A stretch of DNA of 35,119 nt from Bilabrum cf. latius (Eukaryota), in contig OZ237769.1 in assembly GCA_965178125.1 (NCBI GenBank), positions 620,001 through 655,119 of the forward strand, in the 5' to 3' direction. Position numbers and translations under genes: made by a program. The notes below the pieces were generated by a model. The model was not told the DNA's origin. It searched no databases and was given only the letters and a program-made list of their open reading frames with translations. Positions 1 through 11,438 of this stretch are shown here, in pieces. Position 1 is the first letter of the stretch; the number at the start of each line of letters is the position of its first letter.

Positions 1-6
1 GCACGA

Positions 7-1068
7 TCAGCTCCTGAACAGCACCACGGGCACGTTCTGTGTGACAGAGTAGTAGTCCTCGAACTGCACGATCACGTTCACCTCGAACTGCACGCTCAGG
101 GTCTTGGAGGAGAAGGAGGGGCAGGTGAACATCCGGGGGAGCACCATGTACAGAGGCAGCGCCACCCCGCGGGGGACGTCTCCCTCCCCCACCTGCAGGT
201 TCTGGATCTCGGTGGCTTCCCGCTGGGTGCCAGAGGCGGTCGCAACCGATTCCACCCTGACGAGCTGCAGCTCCAGCGACCTGACCCTGGCCTCGGACTT
301 GGCCAGCGTGAGGGTCCCCGTGAAGGGACGGGTGAGCGAGCAGCGGGTCTGGTCCAGCTTGGCGAGCACCTGGAAGTCCGGTATCTCGTGCACGCTGTCC
401 TTCTTTATGTTGGCCAGAGTGGCGGGTGAGATGTCCACGGTCTTGGGGCCCGGCTCGAGGGCGGTTCGGGCGGGGACCTGCACCAGGAACTCGGCGCTGT
501 GGGTGAGGTCCGAGGAGAACGCCCCGCTGGCCTTGAGCACCGCTGCCACGCGGTACACCACGGACAAATAAACTCCGTGGTAGGTTTCGATGAGCCGCCG
601 CCCGCCCACGCCGTCGCACTCGAACTCGAAAGGAATCTCAACTGGCTTGGCAGGCAGCTTGCCCGCGGGCTCCAGCTCGATGGTTTCAGAGAGAAGCACG
701 GAGCTGCCACCTGCCGCCCCGCCACTTGCACCGCCCCCTTCCGGGTCTAACTTTGCGATGACGCCGACTGCCTTGCCTTTCGGCAGAGCGATGATACCAC
801 CATGAGCATCAACTACCAACCCCTTATGCGCCCAGCTGGGCGCGTTGACCAGTACAACGCCCGAGACCGTCTCCTGCAACGCAGTGGGCAGAGAATATCA
901 TGCAATGGACACGCCTCGATCCGGACAAACAACGATACCATCATTCGCTACGCCTCGACAAGTGCAAGTCAGACCACTCCGAAATGTGTACGTGATATTC
1001 ACGGAATTCCACCTTACCCCTGCCTTATAAGTTCTATCTACTCTCTTCAACTTGACTGACAAGCTCAT
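7..1068 (-). CDS. VPS26C: Retriever complex subunit VPS26C / Down syndrome critical region 3 homolog (arrestin-like fold), ~305 aa, 2 exons (1068-1018, 873-7)
   Basis: Exon 1 MSLSVKLKRVDRTYKAG, then a GTAAGG...TTGCAG intron (1017-874), then ETVSGVV...EIPFEF...ETYHGVY...RSLELQLVRVES...REATEIQNLQVGEGDVPRG..LPLYMVLPRMFTCP, typical DSCR3 motifs. Ends in TGA. No in-frame TAG. Confidence 0.93.
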
Positions 1069-1222
1069 CACGACCTGTTTGAGAGGCCTGTGTTGCACGG
1101 GCGGCGTATTTCGGATCCTCGCCGTCGGACTCAAAAGCACACGTTATAATTTCAATGTACTCTGCCAGATTCCGATGTTTGGAGGGAATCTCGCACTTTC
1201 CTCGACAGTAGTAGTCTCAAAC

Positions 1223-2207
1223 ATGGCTGCCGCCGGTGATGAGAGCGCACACAAGTTCCCCGAGGGGTTCGAGGTGTACGATGACGAGAAGTGCATGGCA
1301 GCGGAGGCTCCCTCGCTCGAGGGCCTCAAGGACACTTGGATCGCTGGCGAGTACGTGAGATATCGCGCGCATTTCTGTGGCTTTGTTCTCGTAGTAAAGT
1401 CTGATAAAGTATTGCCTCGTGTGTGGTGCTAGTTATGGTGTTGGTGCTGTGTGGGACTGCACAGGCTCGTTTTGCTGTGCCACGCAGTCGATATCGCGTC
1501 AGCGACCAATCAGCTATTTGGCACTGCACTAGCCGCAGTACGTCTGCAGTTTGTAGTATATTGTCGAGAAGTATTTGCTCGTACTGCGTGAATCGGTCAA
1601 CTGCGCTCAAGCATGCGTTGTTGCTCGAGCAAATGCCTCCGCCAATGAATGCCATGCAGGTTCCCGCGCTTCGATCTGCCCAATCTTTGATTCGCAGTTC
1701 AACCACGGCAACGGCAAGCCCACCATCCTGCTGTTTTGGGAGAAGTTTGCCACTGGTGATTACAAGGTGAACGAGCAGGTGGCCGACTGGGTAGCCACGC
1801 TCGGCGACAAGGTGAACGCCATCGGCGTGTCTGTGGACGCCACCAAGGCGGACGCCGAGAAGTACGTGTCCCGCCTGGGCAAGCACCTGGAGGAGCAGCG
1901 CGTGACCATGAAGATGGTGCCCAACGTTGCATGGGATGAGGACAAGAAGCTGTCCGAGGAATTCAAGAAGGTGTGCCGCCTGGCCGTGATGGGCCCCTCC
2001 AACATGTTCCTCATCTCGGAGAGCGGCCGCATCATGTGGCGCGAGCGCTTCTCGCAGACCTACGAGTTCGAGCAGGGCCTGTTCAAGCGCCAGACGGAGA
2101 ACCTGCTGGCCAACGTGAAGCTGGTCAAGGTGGGCAAGCAGCCCGAGGAGGAGGCCGAGGAGGAGGAGGTGGAGCTCGACTCGGACGACGATGGGGCACT
2201 CTTCTGA
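1223..2207 (+). CDS. Thioredoxin-fold / redoxin (TlpA/AhpC-TSA-like) protein lacking CxxC, ~213 aa, 2 exons (1223-1354, 1698-2207)
   Basis: A GTGAGA...TCGCAG intron (1355-1697) joins APSLEGLKDTWIAGEY to FNHGNGKPTILLFWEKF...AIGVSVD...VAWDEDK...PSNMFLISESGRIMWRE, a redoxin-like pattern. Strong GC3 bias, acidic tail, TGA stop. Confidence 0.7.
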
Positions 2208-2475
2208 GTACGAGATGAAGATGAAGATGGACGCGCCTGGTCTTCGTCTTGCTCGTTGAGCCTGCCAGATGGGCCTCCCTGCCGCAAAGGGAAAGCGATG
2301 CGGTCTAGTCTGTCACTGGCAGGGGCCCAGGGAGACGGCCGAGTTGGATGGAATGCCAGGTGCGTTGAATCGGGGGGTGTGGTGCTGATCTGATTGATTC
2401 CACGATGACACGCTACAATCCCCGAAGCGATGATCAAGCACACGTGCACAGGAAACTCCACTCGCAATCAATCAA

Positions 2476-4120
2476 TCAATGCCTGCCGCCCTGGCCTTCA
2501 TTCCCTCGTTCCCCCTGCTCCGATCTTCGGTCGGCCCCGACTGCCTCGCCCACGCTCCCGAACCCGTCCTCCTTGAGCAGCCCTGCCAGCTCCCTCTTGA
2601 TCCTCCTCACCAGCGCGGGGCCGCAGTACCCCAGTGCAGTGTACACCTGCACCGCAGAGGCCCCCGCCCGGATCTTGGCATAGGCGTCCTGCCCCGACTC
2701 GATCCCGCCCACGCCCACCAGGGGAAGCCGCCCCTACAGCACGCGGCTCGCCTGCCGGAGAATCTCCAGCGAAGGTTCCTTCAGGGGTCTCCCGCTGAGA
2801 CCCCCCTTCTCCCCCCTGTGCGCCCCCTGCAGGGAGCTGGGCCTGGCCACCGTCGTGTTGGACACGATGAGCCCCTGCACGCCCGCGGCCACGGATGCCT
2901 CGCACACGTCAACCACCTCCTCGGGGCTCAGGTCAGGGGCCACTTTCACCAGCACCGGGCAGGGGCGTCTGTCGAGCGCCTGCCAGTCGATCGCGTCCCG
3001 CTCCTTGACCACGGCCTCCAGCAGGCCCTGCATGGTCTCTCGCCTCTGGAGGGCCCTCAGCCCGGGGGTGTTCGGGCTGCTGATATTGACGGTCAAATAG
3101 TCCGCGACGGGGGCCGCCGCCTGCACCCCAGCAATGTAGTCCGGCAGCGCCTCGGCTGTCTTGTTCTTGCCGATGTTGAGCCCCACCGCCCCTACCCTCG
3201 GCAGGCTCCTGGGCTGCTCCGCCCTCCGCCTCAAGAAGGCCTCCACCCGGGGAACAACCACAGAGAGACCCTCCGAGTTGAACCCGAATCGGTTGATTAC
3301 CGCACGGTCCTCCTCGAGTCTGAACATCCTCGGGCGGCTGTTCCCCGGCTGTTCCTTGGGAGTGACGGTCCCCACCTCCACGGCCCCCAGCCCGCACGCC
3401 AGCATGCCCTCCATCGCCTCTCCGTGCTTATCGAACCCGGCAGCCAGGCCCACGGGATTGCTCAGGTGCAGCCCCACCAGCTCAGTGGCCAGCACGGGGT
3501 CATCCTCCTCGTCTTCCCGAGGCCCCAGCCCCGCCGCCGCCAGCCGCAGGCCCCACCCGTGCGCGTCCTCTGCGTCGAGCCCCCTGAGCAGAGGCATGCC
3601 CACGTGTTCGGTGAGCCAGTGGTACTCGTCCGTGCAGCGGACATCTCTCACGCCGAAATGGTACAGCCCCAACAGCACGGCCGATGCTATCTGCGGGGGA
3701 TAAGACGGGGGGCGAGGCTGCTGGACAGCAAACAGTGGATGACTTGCAAGGTCAACCATGGTTACGATGCACCCCGCAGAGCCATTCAGGGGACACACAA
3801 TGAGCATCGCATAGTGCCCATCAAGCACCGGCGATACGGTTTGCACACAACCTCACGGCTGCCTACCGAAATAGCCCACTCCAAGTGAAGAAGCCTTCTG
3901 GGATGCTGCCTTCCCCACCGCCTGCACCTTCGGACCCTGCGCCAGATTTCTGTTCGCTTCCGCGGCCGTTATCCGCCCAAACTAATGGCGTTGAGAAAAT
4001 ACGTCTCCTGGGCACCACAATATGCTGCTATTTGGTCGCTCTAATCTATCGCACGCGGAATAAACTGCCTAGACCCTGTCGCACGGATCCTCTGCAGATG
4101 TTTGTGGCAATTCCCGCCAT
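2476..4120 (-). CDS. DHODH: Dihydroorotate dehydrogenase (quinone), class 2, mitochondrial, ~492 aa, 2 exons (4120-3857, 3690-2476), 4 in-frame TAG
   Basis: Motifs [107 protein letters not shown]. Exon 1 encodes an Arg-rich presequence. GTGAGG...CGCAG intron (3856-3691). TAG at 4046-4048, 4028-4030, 3863-3865 and 2734-2736. TGA stop. Confidence 0.96.
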
Positions 4121-4314
4121 TCTTTCAATTCAACCGCCAGTACCAGCGAGAGTAGTCACTATCAGTGAAAAGGCAAGTAGCAAATATCCGCGTATTGCGC
4201 TGACAACCTCAGTTTGGTGTTTGAAAAAGCTACACCGGAACTGTGAGGCAACGATGCCGAAACCTAGTGTTCCAAGTACTGAAGTGGTGATATGGTTTCA
4301 ATTAAATTGACATC

Positions 4315-5334
4315 ATGAGGAATACTCGTAGACTAGGTGCGGTATCGAAGCTGCTTGACGCCACCAGCCCACGGCGCGGAGTCTTATCTCGTAAGCATTG
4401 GGACTGGATGTGGAAGAGCGGTTTCATGGATTAGCAGCAGGCGATGCCCTCTGATCTCATCAGTACTGTCATTGAGCACTCTAAGCAGCACACGGGTTCC
4501 GGCGCCAGTAGGCTGGCCCTGGTCCCCATGTGCGGCACCTCCGCCGATGCTCTGCTGCTCGCCGAGGGTGGGATGGATGTGGTCGCCATCGAGGTTTCAG
4601 AGGAGGGGTGCGAGCGGGCCCGATCTAGCTGGTCCAAGCAATGGAAAGGAAGTAACTGGCAAGATCTCGGCGTGAGGATGGTCGACAAAGAGGCGCTGGA
4701 CGGTGGGCACGCCACCAGCACGGTGCACGCAGCTAGGCTGCAGGTAGCAGGGGCCGCCGACGATTCCGGTTCTATACTGCTGCTACAGGCAGACGTGTTT
4801 TAGGCTCTACCCCCTGCAGAATATGTCCAGGGGGGTGCTGGCGATATGCTCGCAGCACTGGCAGGCGGGCTTGGTTGCCTCTAGGGGCAAGCAGTGCACG
4901 GCGATGTACACGTGCACCTGCCCATGCCTCGTGCCTGCGCCTCTCTGGTGTGGGATCGAGGGGGTGTGACGAGTGTGGAGCCGTCGAGTCGCGAGGTGTA
5001 CCTGCGCACCTTGTTGGGGTGCCTGCAAGGGATACACCTGGGAGATGAACAAGATGGCAGCAGCTGTCCTGAGTTGGAGGGTGCTGCTGTCGGTGGTGCC
5101 CTGCTGGTGGAGGCGCTGCATCGGCCTGCCACTGGTGGGGGAGAGGACGGTGGGGATGGCTCCGAGTCGGAGGGTATGTCGGCAAGGAACTTGGTTGAGA
5201 TGGTGGAGAGCGCATCCCGATCGGTTGGACTGGATAGGGGTCGCTGGGAGACGGAGGTGCTGCTCGAGGGGGGCATGGAGGGGGTGCCAGGGGTGTCGCG
5301 GGCGCTAGTTAAGTGCTCGGTGAGGGCCGCCTGA
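4315..5334 (+). CDS. Thiopurine S-methyltransferase (TPMT)-like SAM-dependent methyltransferase, ~339 aa, 3 in-frame TAG
   Basis: One continuous frame if TAG is sense (4432, 4801, 4882): HWDWMWKSGF, ALVPMCGTSADALLLAEGGMDVVAIEVSE, QADVF, LVWDRGGVTSVEPSSREVY, matching TPMT-family motifs (VPLCGKS.D..LA..G..VVGVE.S; YDRAAL..LP...R..Y). TGA stop. Confidence 0.82.
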
Positions 5335-5520
5335 TCTCTGAGCGGTCAGTGTTGGTGCGACCCCCATGGACTCCAAACTTACAGACGGTAATTTGCGGGG
5401 CCAGGCAAGTCACAACAGAAACAATGGCCACAAACGCTGCAAAAACAAAAGTTGCTCGTCACACTGGCCACCGGAACGTCAGGTCCTTGGCCAGACGTTG
5501 ACATCTGGACATCATTTCCA

Positions 5521-8025
5521 ATGAGTGATAGGTAAGTGTATATGCCATACTTTATGGTGCGCTTCCGTAGCCTCGTTCCTGCGCCGGCACCCTCGCTATG
5601 CACGCCAAAGTATTCGTGACGGTTGGTTTGCTTGCCTTTGCAGCGAGGACGAATACGAGTATGAGAGCGAAGGCGATGATTTTGGCTCGCCTCAGCAGCC
5701 CTCACCACCAAAATCAAGGGTTGCAGCCACCAGTTAGCCTTCGTCGGCAGCCGGGGCGGCTGATTCCTCAACAGGTTTCGCTGTGCCTGCCTCTGCAAGC
5801 ACAGCGTCTGCCTCAAAAGGCGGTTCTGACGATGCAATTATCGGTTCGAAGCCCGCCCCAACTCCGTCTGTGCTGCCCAGCACCACGGCTAAGGAGAGCA
5901 CAAGCGCGGCGGCGGGCCTGCAACACGAGACAGCCGAGTACCGCATCGTTGAGCCGGGCGAGCTAGCTCAGGAGGTGACGCGCCGGGTAATAGCGCTACG
6001 GGATGTGCTTGAAATTCCCACAGACGTGTGTGAATCGCTACTAGTTGCAACTTCTTGGAGCCGGGAGCGCGTGATGGAGCGGTTTCTTGAGGACGGCGAC
6101 AAGCTGCTCGAGGAGCAAGGCGTGAGAGGCACCTGCTCGACTGCGTACCATCCAGAGTGACGCATTCGCACTGTGCTGTATTTAGTATTCGTGCCTACCT
6201 TTGAACGTTGAACAACTGCCGTTGGTGCCATGCACGCCGACGCTCCTCCCTGATTCCGTCCTTCCCGCACTCGCCACCTGTCCTCTCCTCGCAGCTGGCT
6301 GACGTGGCGAAGGTACCGGATGGCGAGTGCCCGGTGCGGACCCCCATTTCAATTGTGGGTGCAGACGCAGGCGCGGGCGGGTTCTGCGAGATCTGCTTCA
6401 ACGAGCTGCCTGCCTCCGAGGCGCTGGCCCTGCCTTGCAACCACGCATTCTGCGGGCAGTGCTGGCGGGCCTCTGTGGATGCGGCGCTGCAGCTCGGGGG
6501 CGAGCAGGCGCTGCGAGCCTCCTGTCCCAGCCACGGCTGTGTGCAGCGCGTGACGAGGAGGACGGTGTCGAAGGTGTGCAGCCCAAGCGACTCGCAGGAT
6601 GAGGCCGAGGCGGGGCTGTTCGAGGAGGAGGACGAGGAAGAGGAGTGGGACGGGTCTGGGCCCGGGGCGGAGGGAGCGAGAGCGAGGAGGAGGAGGCGGC
6701 GGGGCGGGCTGGCACAGTGGGCCCACCTGACGGAGCACTCCATGGTTGCAACCGCGCGCAACATGGCGTGGTGCCCCGCCCCCGGGTGCGAGCACGCCTT
6801 CGTGGCCAAAGGGGCGGGGCCCTCTGATGTCAAGTGCCCGTGCGGGACTAGGTTTTGCTTCCGGTGCGGGAAGGAGTCCCACTCGCCCGTCACCTGCGAC
6901 TCGCTTGCTGCCTGGCAGGCCAAGTGCGCTGACGAGAGCGAGACGGCCCACTGGATCGTGGCCAATACCAAGAGGTGCCCCAAGTGCTCGGTGCGCATCG
7001 AGAAGAACCAGGGCTGCAACCACATCATATGCAGGTCCTGCAAGCACGAGTTCTGCTGGGTCTGCGAGGGGGACTGGGCCTCGCACGGGCAGAGCACGGG
7101 AGGCTACTACGCATGCAACAAGTACGACCCATCCAAGGCGGGGGGCGGCAAGGACGGGGGCGCGGGGGGCGCTGACAGCGCCAAGGCGGAGCTGGACAGG
7201 TATCTGTTCTACTACCAGCGATTCGACAACCACGACAGGGCCAGGCGGTTCGCGGCCCGCCTGAGGGAGAGGACGTAGAGGAGGGTGCAGGCGCTGGCCG
7301 AGGCAGGGGGAGGCACGTGGAGCGATGCCACCTTCCTGGAGGAGGCCATCGAGGCGCTGCTGGAGTGCAGGCGGGTGCTCAAGTTCACGTATGTGCTGGG
7401 GTACTACATGCCCGGGGGCCACGAGAAGGTCCTGTTCGAGCACCTGCAGGAGCACCTGGAGAGGGCCACGGAGGAGCTGGCCGCGCTCACAGAACAGCCG
7501 GTGGAGAGGGTGGCGGACCAGCGGCAGGAGGTGGTCAACTACACGCGGGTCACGCAGCGGTTTCTGCGGCAACTGCTGGGGGGCATCGAGGAGGGACTCA
7601 CGGGGGGCGGAGCGGGGGCAGGGGCAGGGGCGGCACCTGGGGGGGCGGGAGAAGGGGTCAAACCTGCCGGTGGGGGTAAGAAGGATGCATCATACGACGG
7701 TGCAAACGGGGTACCACGCGGACGTGTTGGGGCACGGGCCTCTGCAGGTGGTGCAGGCGCAGGCCGAGGGGCCGGGGCTGGGGCTGGGCAGAGGTCTGGA
7801 TCGAAGGGGTCGGTGCGCAGTAGCGGGGGCAGGGTGGGGAGTAGTGGGTCCAGGACGGGAGCTGGAGGCAGTAGCGGCAAGAGACCGGGGGCAGGGACAG
7901 GGGCTCGCAGCGGGAGCCGAGGTGCGAGGGGGGGCGCTCCGTCCGGACTGGGTGGGGTGTCTGGGGCGGGGATTGCAGGGAGAGGCCGGAGTGGGGGTTA
8001 GTCCAGGCGTAGGAGAGGTAAGTGA
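5521..8025 (+). CDS. ARIH: Ariadne-family RBR E3 ubiquitin ligase (acidic N-terminus, UBA-like, RING1-IBR-RING2, Ariadne domain), ~739 aa, 3 exons (5521-5531, 5644-6121, 6295-8025), 3 in-frame TAG
   Basis: MSDSEDEYEYE; RING1 CEIC..CNHAFCGQC..CPSHGC; IBR WCPAPGC..CPCGTRFCFRCGKESHSPVTC; RING2 NTKRCPKCSVRIEKNQGCNHIICRSCKHEFCWVC; ELDRYLFYYQRFDNH; LLECRRVLKFTYV. Introns 5532-5643 (GTAAGT..CAG) and 6122-6294 (GTGAGA..CAG). TAG at 5735, 7276 and 7999. TGA at 8023-8025. Confidence 0.93.
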
Positions 8026-8550
8026 AGATAGTTAGGACTTCCACCAATACGCTGTAAGCAGTATAATTTGAACCTGGATAGATACTACGCGCCAGATGCC
8101 CTAGCTATCTTTTGTTTTGGAAAACAACACGTTACTGAATGGGAAATACGGATCAGCTGGAACACCCGCCACAAGACCGTAGTAGAGAAAAGAAGTTTAC
8201 TGCCTAACGCACACAGAAATTGTTAATATGAACCCTATTGGATCAGCACGCGAATGGGCAAAGGTGAGACTGTGGGCTTATTCGCCTGCCAAGGCCACAA
8301 GATTTGTCAGCTGAACCACAATCGCCTCACCATCACCTCGAGAATCGCTGCGTAGCGGTTCAAGAGCGTTCCGCATATATTTTTAAGTGATATATGTCTT
8401 CTATCGCTATGAATGTTGCGGAAGAGCGCATACAAGGCGGATGATGGGGTCGACGTGGTGTCCATCATGGTCCAGTCGGATTGCTCCTTTTCGATTTTGT
8501 CACGCCCGATTCGTGCACACGTTGTCCCATTGTACTATTAAATATTGCAG

Positions 8551-8913
8551 GATCATCCCCTCACATCTGTTGTTGGACTTTGGGCAACATTGATGGCTGG
8601 AACAGGTGCTTACCTGTACAGCAAGCCTATGAAACCATCTATCCGTGTCATCTATGCGCGTCTGGTAGCACAAGCTGGGGTCGTGACCGGTATTTTGGGG
8701 GCAGGATTGGCATCGTTCATGATGCAGGATAATGAAGAGAAGCCTGAGTTCGGTTCGTTGCAGATCAGGGAGCTGACAGACAAGGAGGGCAGGCGGATCC
8801 GAATGGAGGAAGTGGCGGCCGCTGGGGGAAAGGCTGGCAGTGATGAGGCCACCAAGGTAGCTGCAACAAGTCCATTGTCTGAGGAATTCAACCAGGAGAA
8901 CGGCAGGCAGTGA
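8551..8913 (+). CDS. HIG1 (hypoxia-induced / Rcf1-like) small mitochondrial membrane protein, last exon; 5' exon not resolved
   Basis: After the TTGCAG acceptor at 8550: DHPLTSVVGLWATLMAGTGAYLYSKPMKPSIRVIYARLVAQAGVVTGILGAG, two hydrophobic segments around an R..AQ motif as in HIG1 domains. TGA stop. Confidence 0.65.
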   Translation, partial: DHPLTSVVGLWATLMAGTGAYLYSKPMKPSIRVIYARLVAQAGVVTGILGAGLASFMMQDNEEKPEFGSLQIRELTDKEGRRIRMEEVAAAGGKAGSDEATKVAATSPLSEEFNQENGRQ

Positions 8914-9182
8914 TGTGGCCCATGTCCGGCTTGCCCGTGCATCGACCGTGCGATTGATGATACACTGTGTACAGAGCCGTATCCGTGCGTCGTGTGCGAG
9001 CTTCACTGACCAAGCATCACAATCCTCAGCACACCCGATCAATTTGGAATCCATCATTTAGGATTCGCAGTCGGCCAGAGTGAAAGAGGCGCCGCGCTAC
9101 TGGCACCCTCTGGTTCCGCAAGAACAACATGTCGCTGAAAATCGAACGGCTCACGCACTCATAGCCAAAAGTAGAACCCAGA

Positions 9183-9894
9183 ATGCCTGGAAAAAGTAAA
9201 GGTTAGTGTCATCTATTGAGTGTCCCTATTTTTTTGTAATTAAATTGCCGAAGATCACTCTAACCACGTGATTTGGAAATGGCCATTCTGTTTCGCAGCG
9301 AAAGGAGGCAAGAAGAACAAGAGCAAGAAGAAGGTGACCGATGAGAAGAAAGAGCTAGTACTTATTGACAAAGAGGATCCCGATTCGCAGGTGTATGCCA
9401 AGGTTGTGAAGGTGCTGGGTGGTCTGCGGTTCGAAGGGCTTTGCTTCGACAAGGAGCGCAAGACACGATTGTTGCACGTCAGGGGCAAGTTGAGAAAGCG
9501 CCAGTGGATCAACCAGGGAGACTTTGTGCTGGTATCCTTGCGGAGCTACCAGGATGACCGCGCAGACGTGATCCACACGTACCAGGCTGACGAAGCTCGC
9601 CAGCTCAAGAAGCTCGGCGAGCTCCCGGCGGATGCAGTGGTGGGCGACGTGGAGGAGAAGAAGGATGGCGGCGGAGACGACGATGGAAAGATCGACGACG
9701 TGCTAGTGTTCACCGATGTATCCACTGCAGGGGCTGCCAAGGGCGGCGCGGCTGCCAGCGGGGGAGCGGCCAAGGGTGGCTCTGGGAAGGGAGCAGCCAA
9801 GGCCGCGGCTCCTGCGGGGCCCTCCAAGACAGCCATCCTCAGCGCAGCAGCCGCCGGCGATGACGATGGGGACATGGAGCTGGACATGCTCTAA
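9183..9894 (+). CDS. EIF1A: Eukaryotic translation initiation factor 1A, ~204 aa, 2 exons (9183-9201, 9299-9894)
   Basis: MPGKSKAKGGK, a GTTAGT..CGCAG intron (9202-9298), then YAKVVKVLG..RFEGLCFD..RLLHVRGKLRKRQWINQGDFVLVSLRSYQDDRADVI..Y.ADEARQLK..GELP. Acidic end DMELDML followed by TAA. Confidence 0.95.
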
Positions 9895-10167
9895 GCCCCC
9901 TCACTCCCTCCCTCTCTCCCTCTCTGCCTGTGGGAGCCACTGGGCGCGAGCTCAACGGCTCTTCCGTCCTATGCTGGTGTGGAGGGTGCGTGATTGATTG
10001 TGATGCGAGCTAGCCATGGCGTCTTGAGTATCATTCCATATTATGGGGATCAGCGTGTCTCAGAGCGTTGCATTGCAGAGCAGAGCAGCCCGGCGCGCCC
10101 TTGCCCACAGACGAGCGCGACGAGCCGATTGATTCACCTCTTCCTCTTCCTCTTCCTCTTCCTCCGC

Positions 10168-11226
10168 TCACTGCCCCTTGCGCTCCTCCTCCGTCATCTT
10201 CTGAAAGACGCACAGCTCCGAGCACCCCCACTGGAACTTGCGGGCGTGCTCCCGAATGAGGAAGGGCTCGTCCCCGCTGTGCACGAGCGAGAAGCCCAGC
10301 TCCTTCATGCGGGCCTTGAGACCCTCGCTGGAGCCACCGTCTCCGCGGGCGGCGGCAGCGTCGTCACTGCGGCCCCCCAGCCACTTGTCCCTGGGAGTGT
10401 ACTGCTCCAGCCACGAGTAGGGCGAGATGAAGACCACCACGCCCTCGGGGGCCACCAGGCTCGGGAGGGCCCGCAGGAGGGCGTCCGGCTCGGGCAGGCG
10501 GCAGAGCAGGTTCGCGCCGTGCACCACGTGGAATGGGCCTCCTAGCTTGTCTGCGTCCAGGCTGCAGGCGTCGCCCTGCTCGAAGCGGATGCGGTCGGGC
10601 TTGGCGGCCTCAGGGCGGGTGGCCTTGCCAGACCGCCAGACCTCGGCTTCCTGCAGATACCGGAATGGGAGCTCCCCGGCGGTCTGGAGCTTCTTCGCGG
10701 CATTGATGAATGCGTGCGAAAAGTCAATGCCAACCACCTCGTCGAAAGCCTCGCTGAGCTTGAACGAGGTTGCGCCCACGGCGCACCCGAGATCCAAGGC
10801 ACGCGTCTTGGCTGGCTTGCGCCCAAAGTGGGCCAGACGGCTCTCGGACCAATCAATGCACACCTATGCAGTGCGGACAGGGAAGTTCAGCGCGTGCTTC
10901 GGTCCCATGCTGTACGGTAGGAACTCCTTATCGGAACCGTAGTGAAAGAAGAGGTACTCATTCACCGCACCATCAGTCTCGTACACGTTTCCGTCATGAT
11001 CCGAAGACGTGGTAGACAGCTACTACTTCTTAGTTGCCTTCTCCGCGTCAGCTTTGGAGCCGCAGCATGATGCCTTGGAAGAAGAGGGTGAAGATCCCTT
11101 CTATGCCCGCAGCAGCAGCCAGCTCACACCGGCGCCCAACACAGCTCCCGCACAGCTCGCTGCAACCACATGGGTTGTGTTGATATTGCCCAGAGACAAT
11201 TTGTTGGATGATGATGCAGCAGCCAT
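10168..11226 (-). CDS. SAM-dependent methyltransferase resembling the OvoA C-terminal (mercaptohistidine N-methyltransferase) domain, with an N-terminal hydrophobic anchor, ~352 aa, 4 in-frame TAG
   Basis: Continuous frame from ATG 11226: NVYETDGAVNEYLFFHYG...NFPVRTA*VC...RALDLGCAVGATSFKLS..FDEVVGIDFSHAFI..A...FEQGDAC.L...ANLLCRLP.P...SPYSWLEQYTPRDKWLGG...PFLIREHARKFQ. TAG at 11101, 11023, 11020 and 10864. TGA stop. Confidence 0.88.
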
Positions 11227-11438
11227 GACAATTTAATCCCAGGTACGCTCTAAAATGGGGCCCACGCCGACAGCCTGTGCTCTCCCGCGCAGGACCGCCG
11301 GCGTCACACACCCGCGTCACACACCCCGGTGGCCGAAAAGCCTCGCAGCACAGCCCTAGGGAGAAAACCCCAGGCACTCTATGAACAAATCTAGCAGCGC
11401 GCATACTATCTGTTGCACGCATCAAGCACCCGAGTCCG

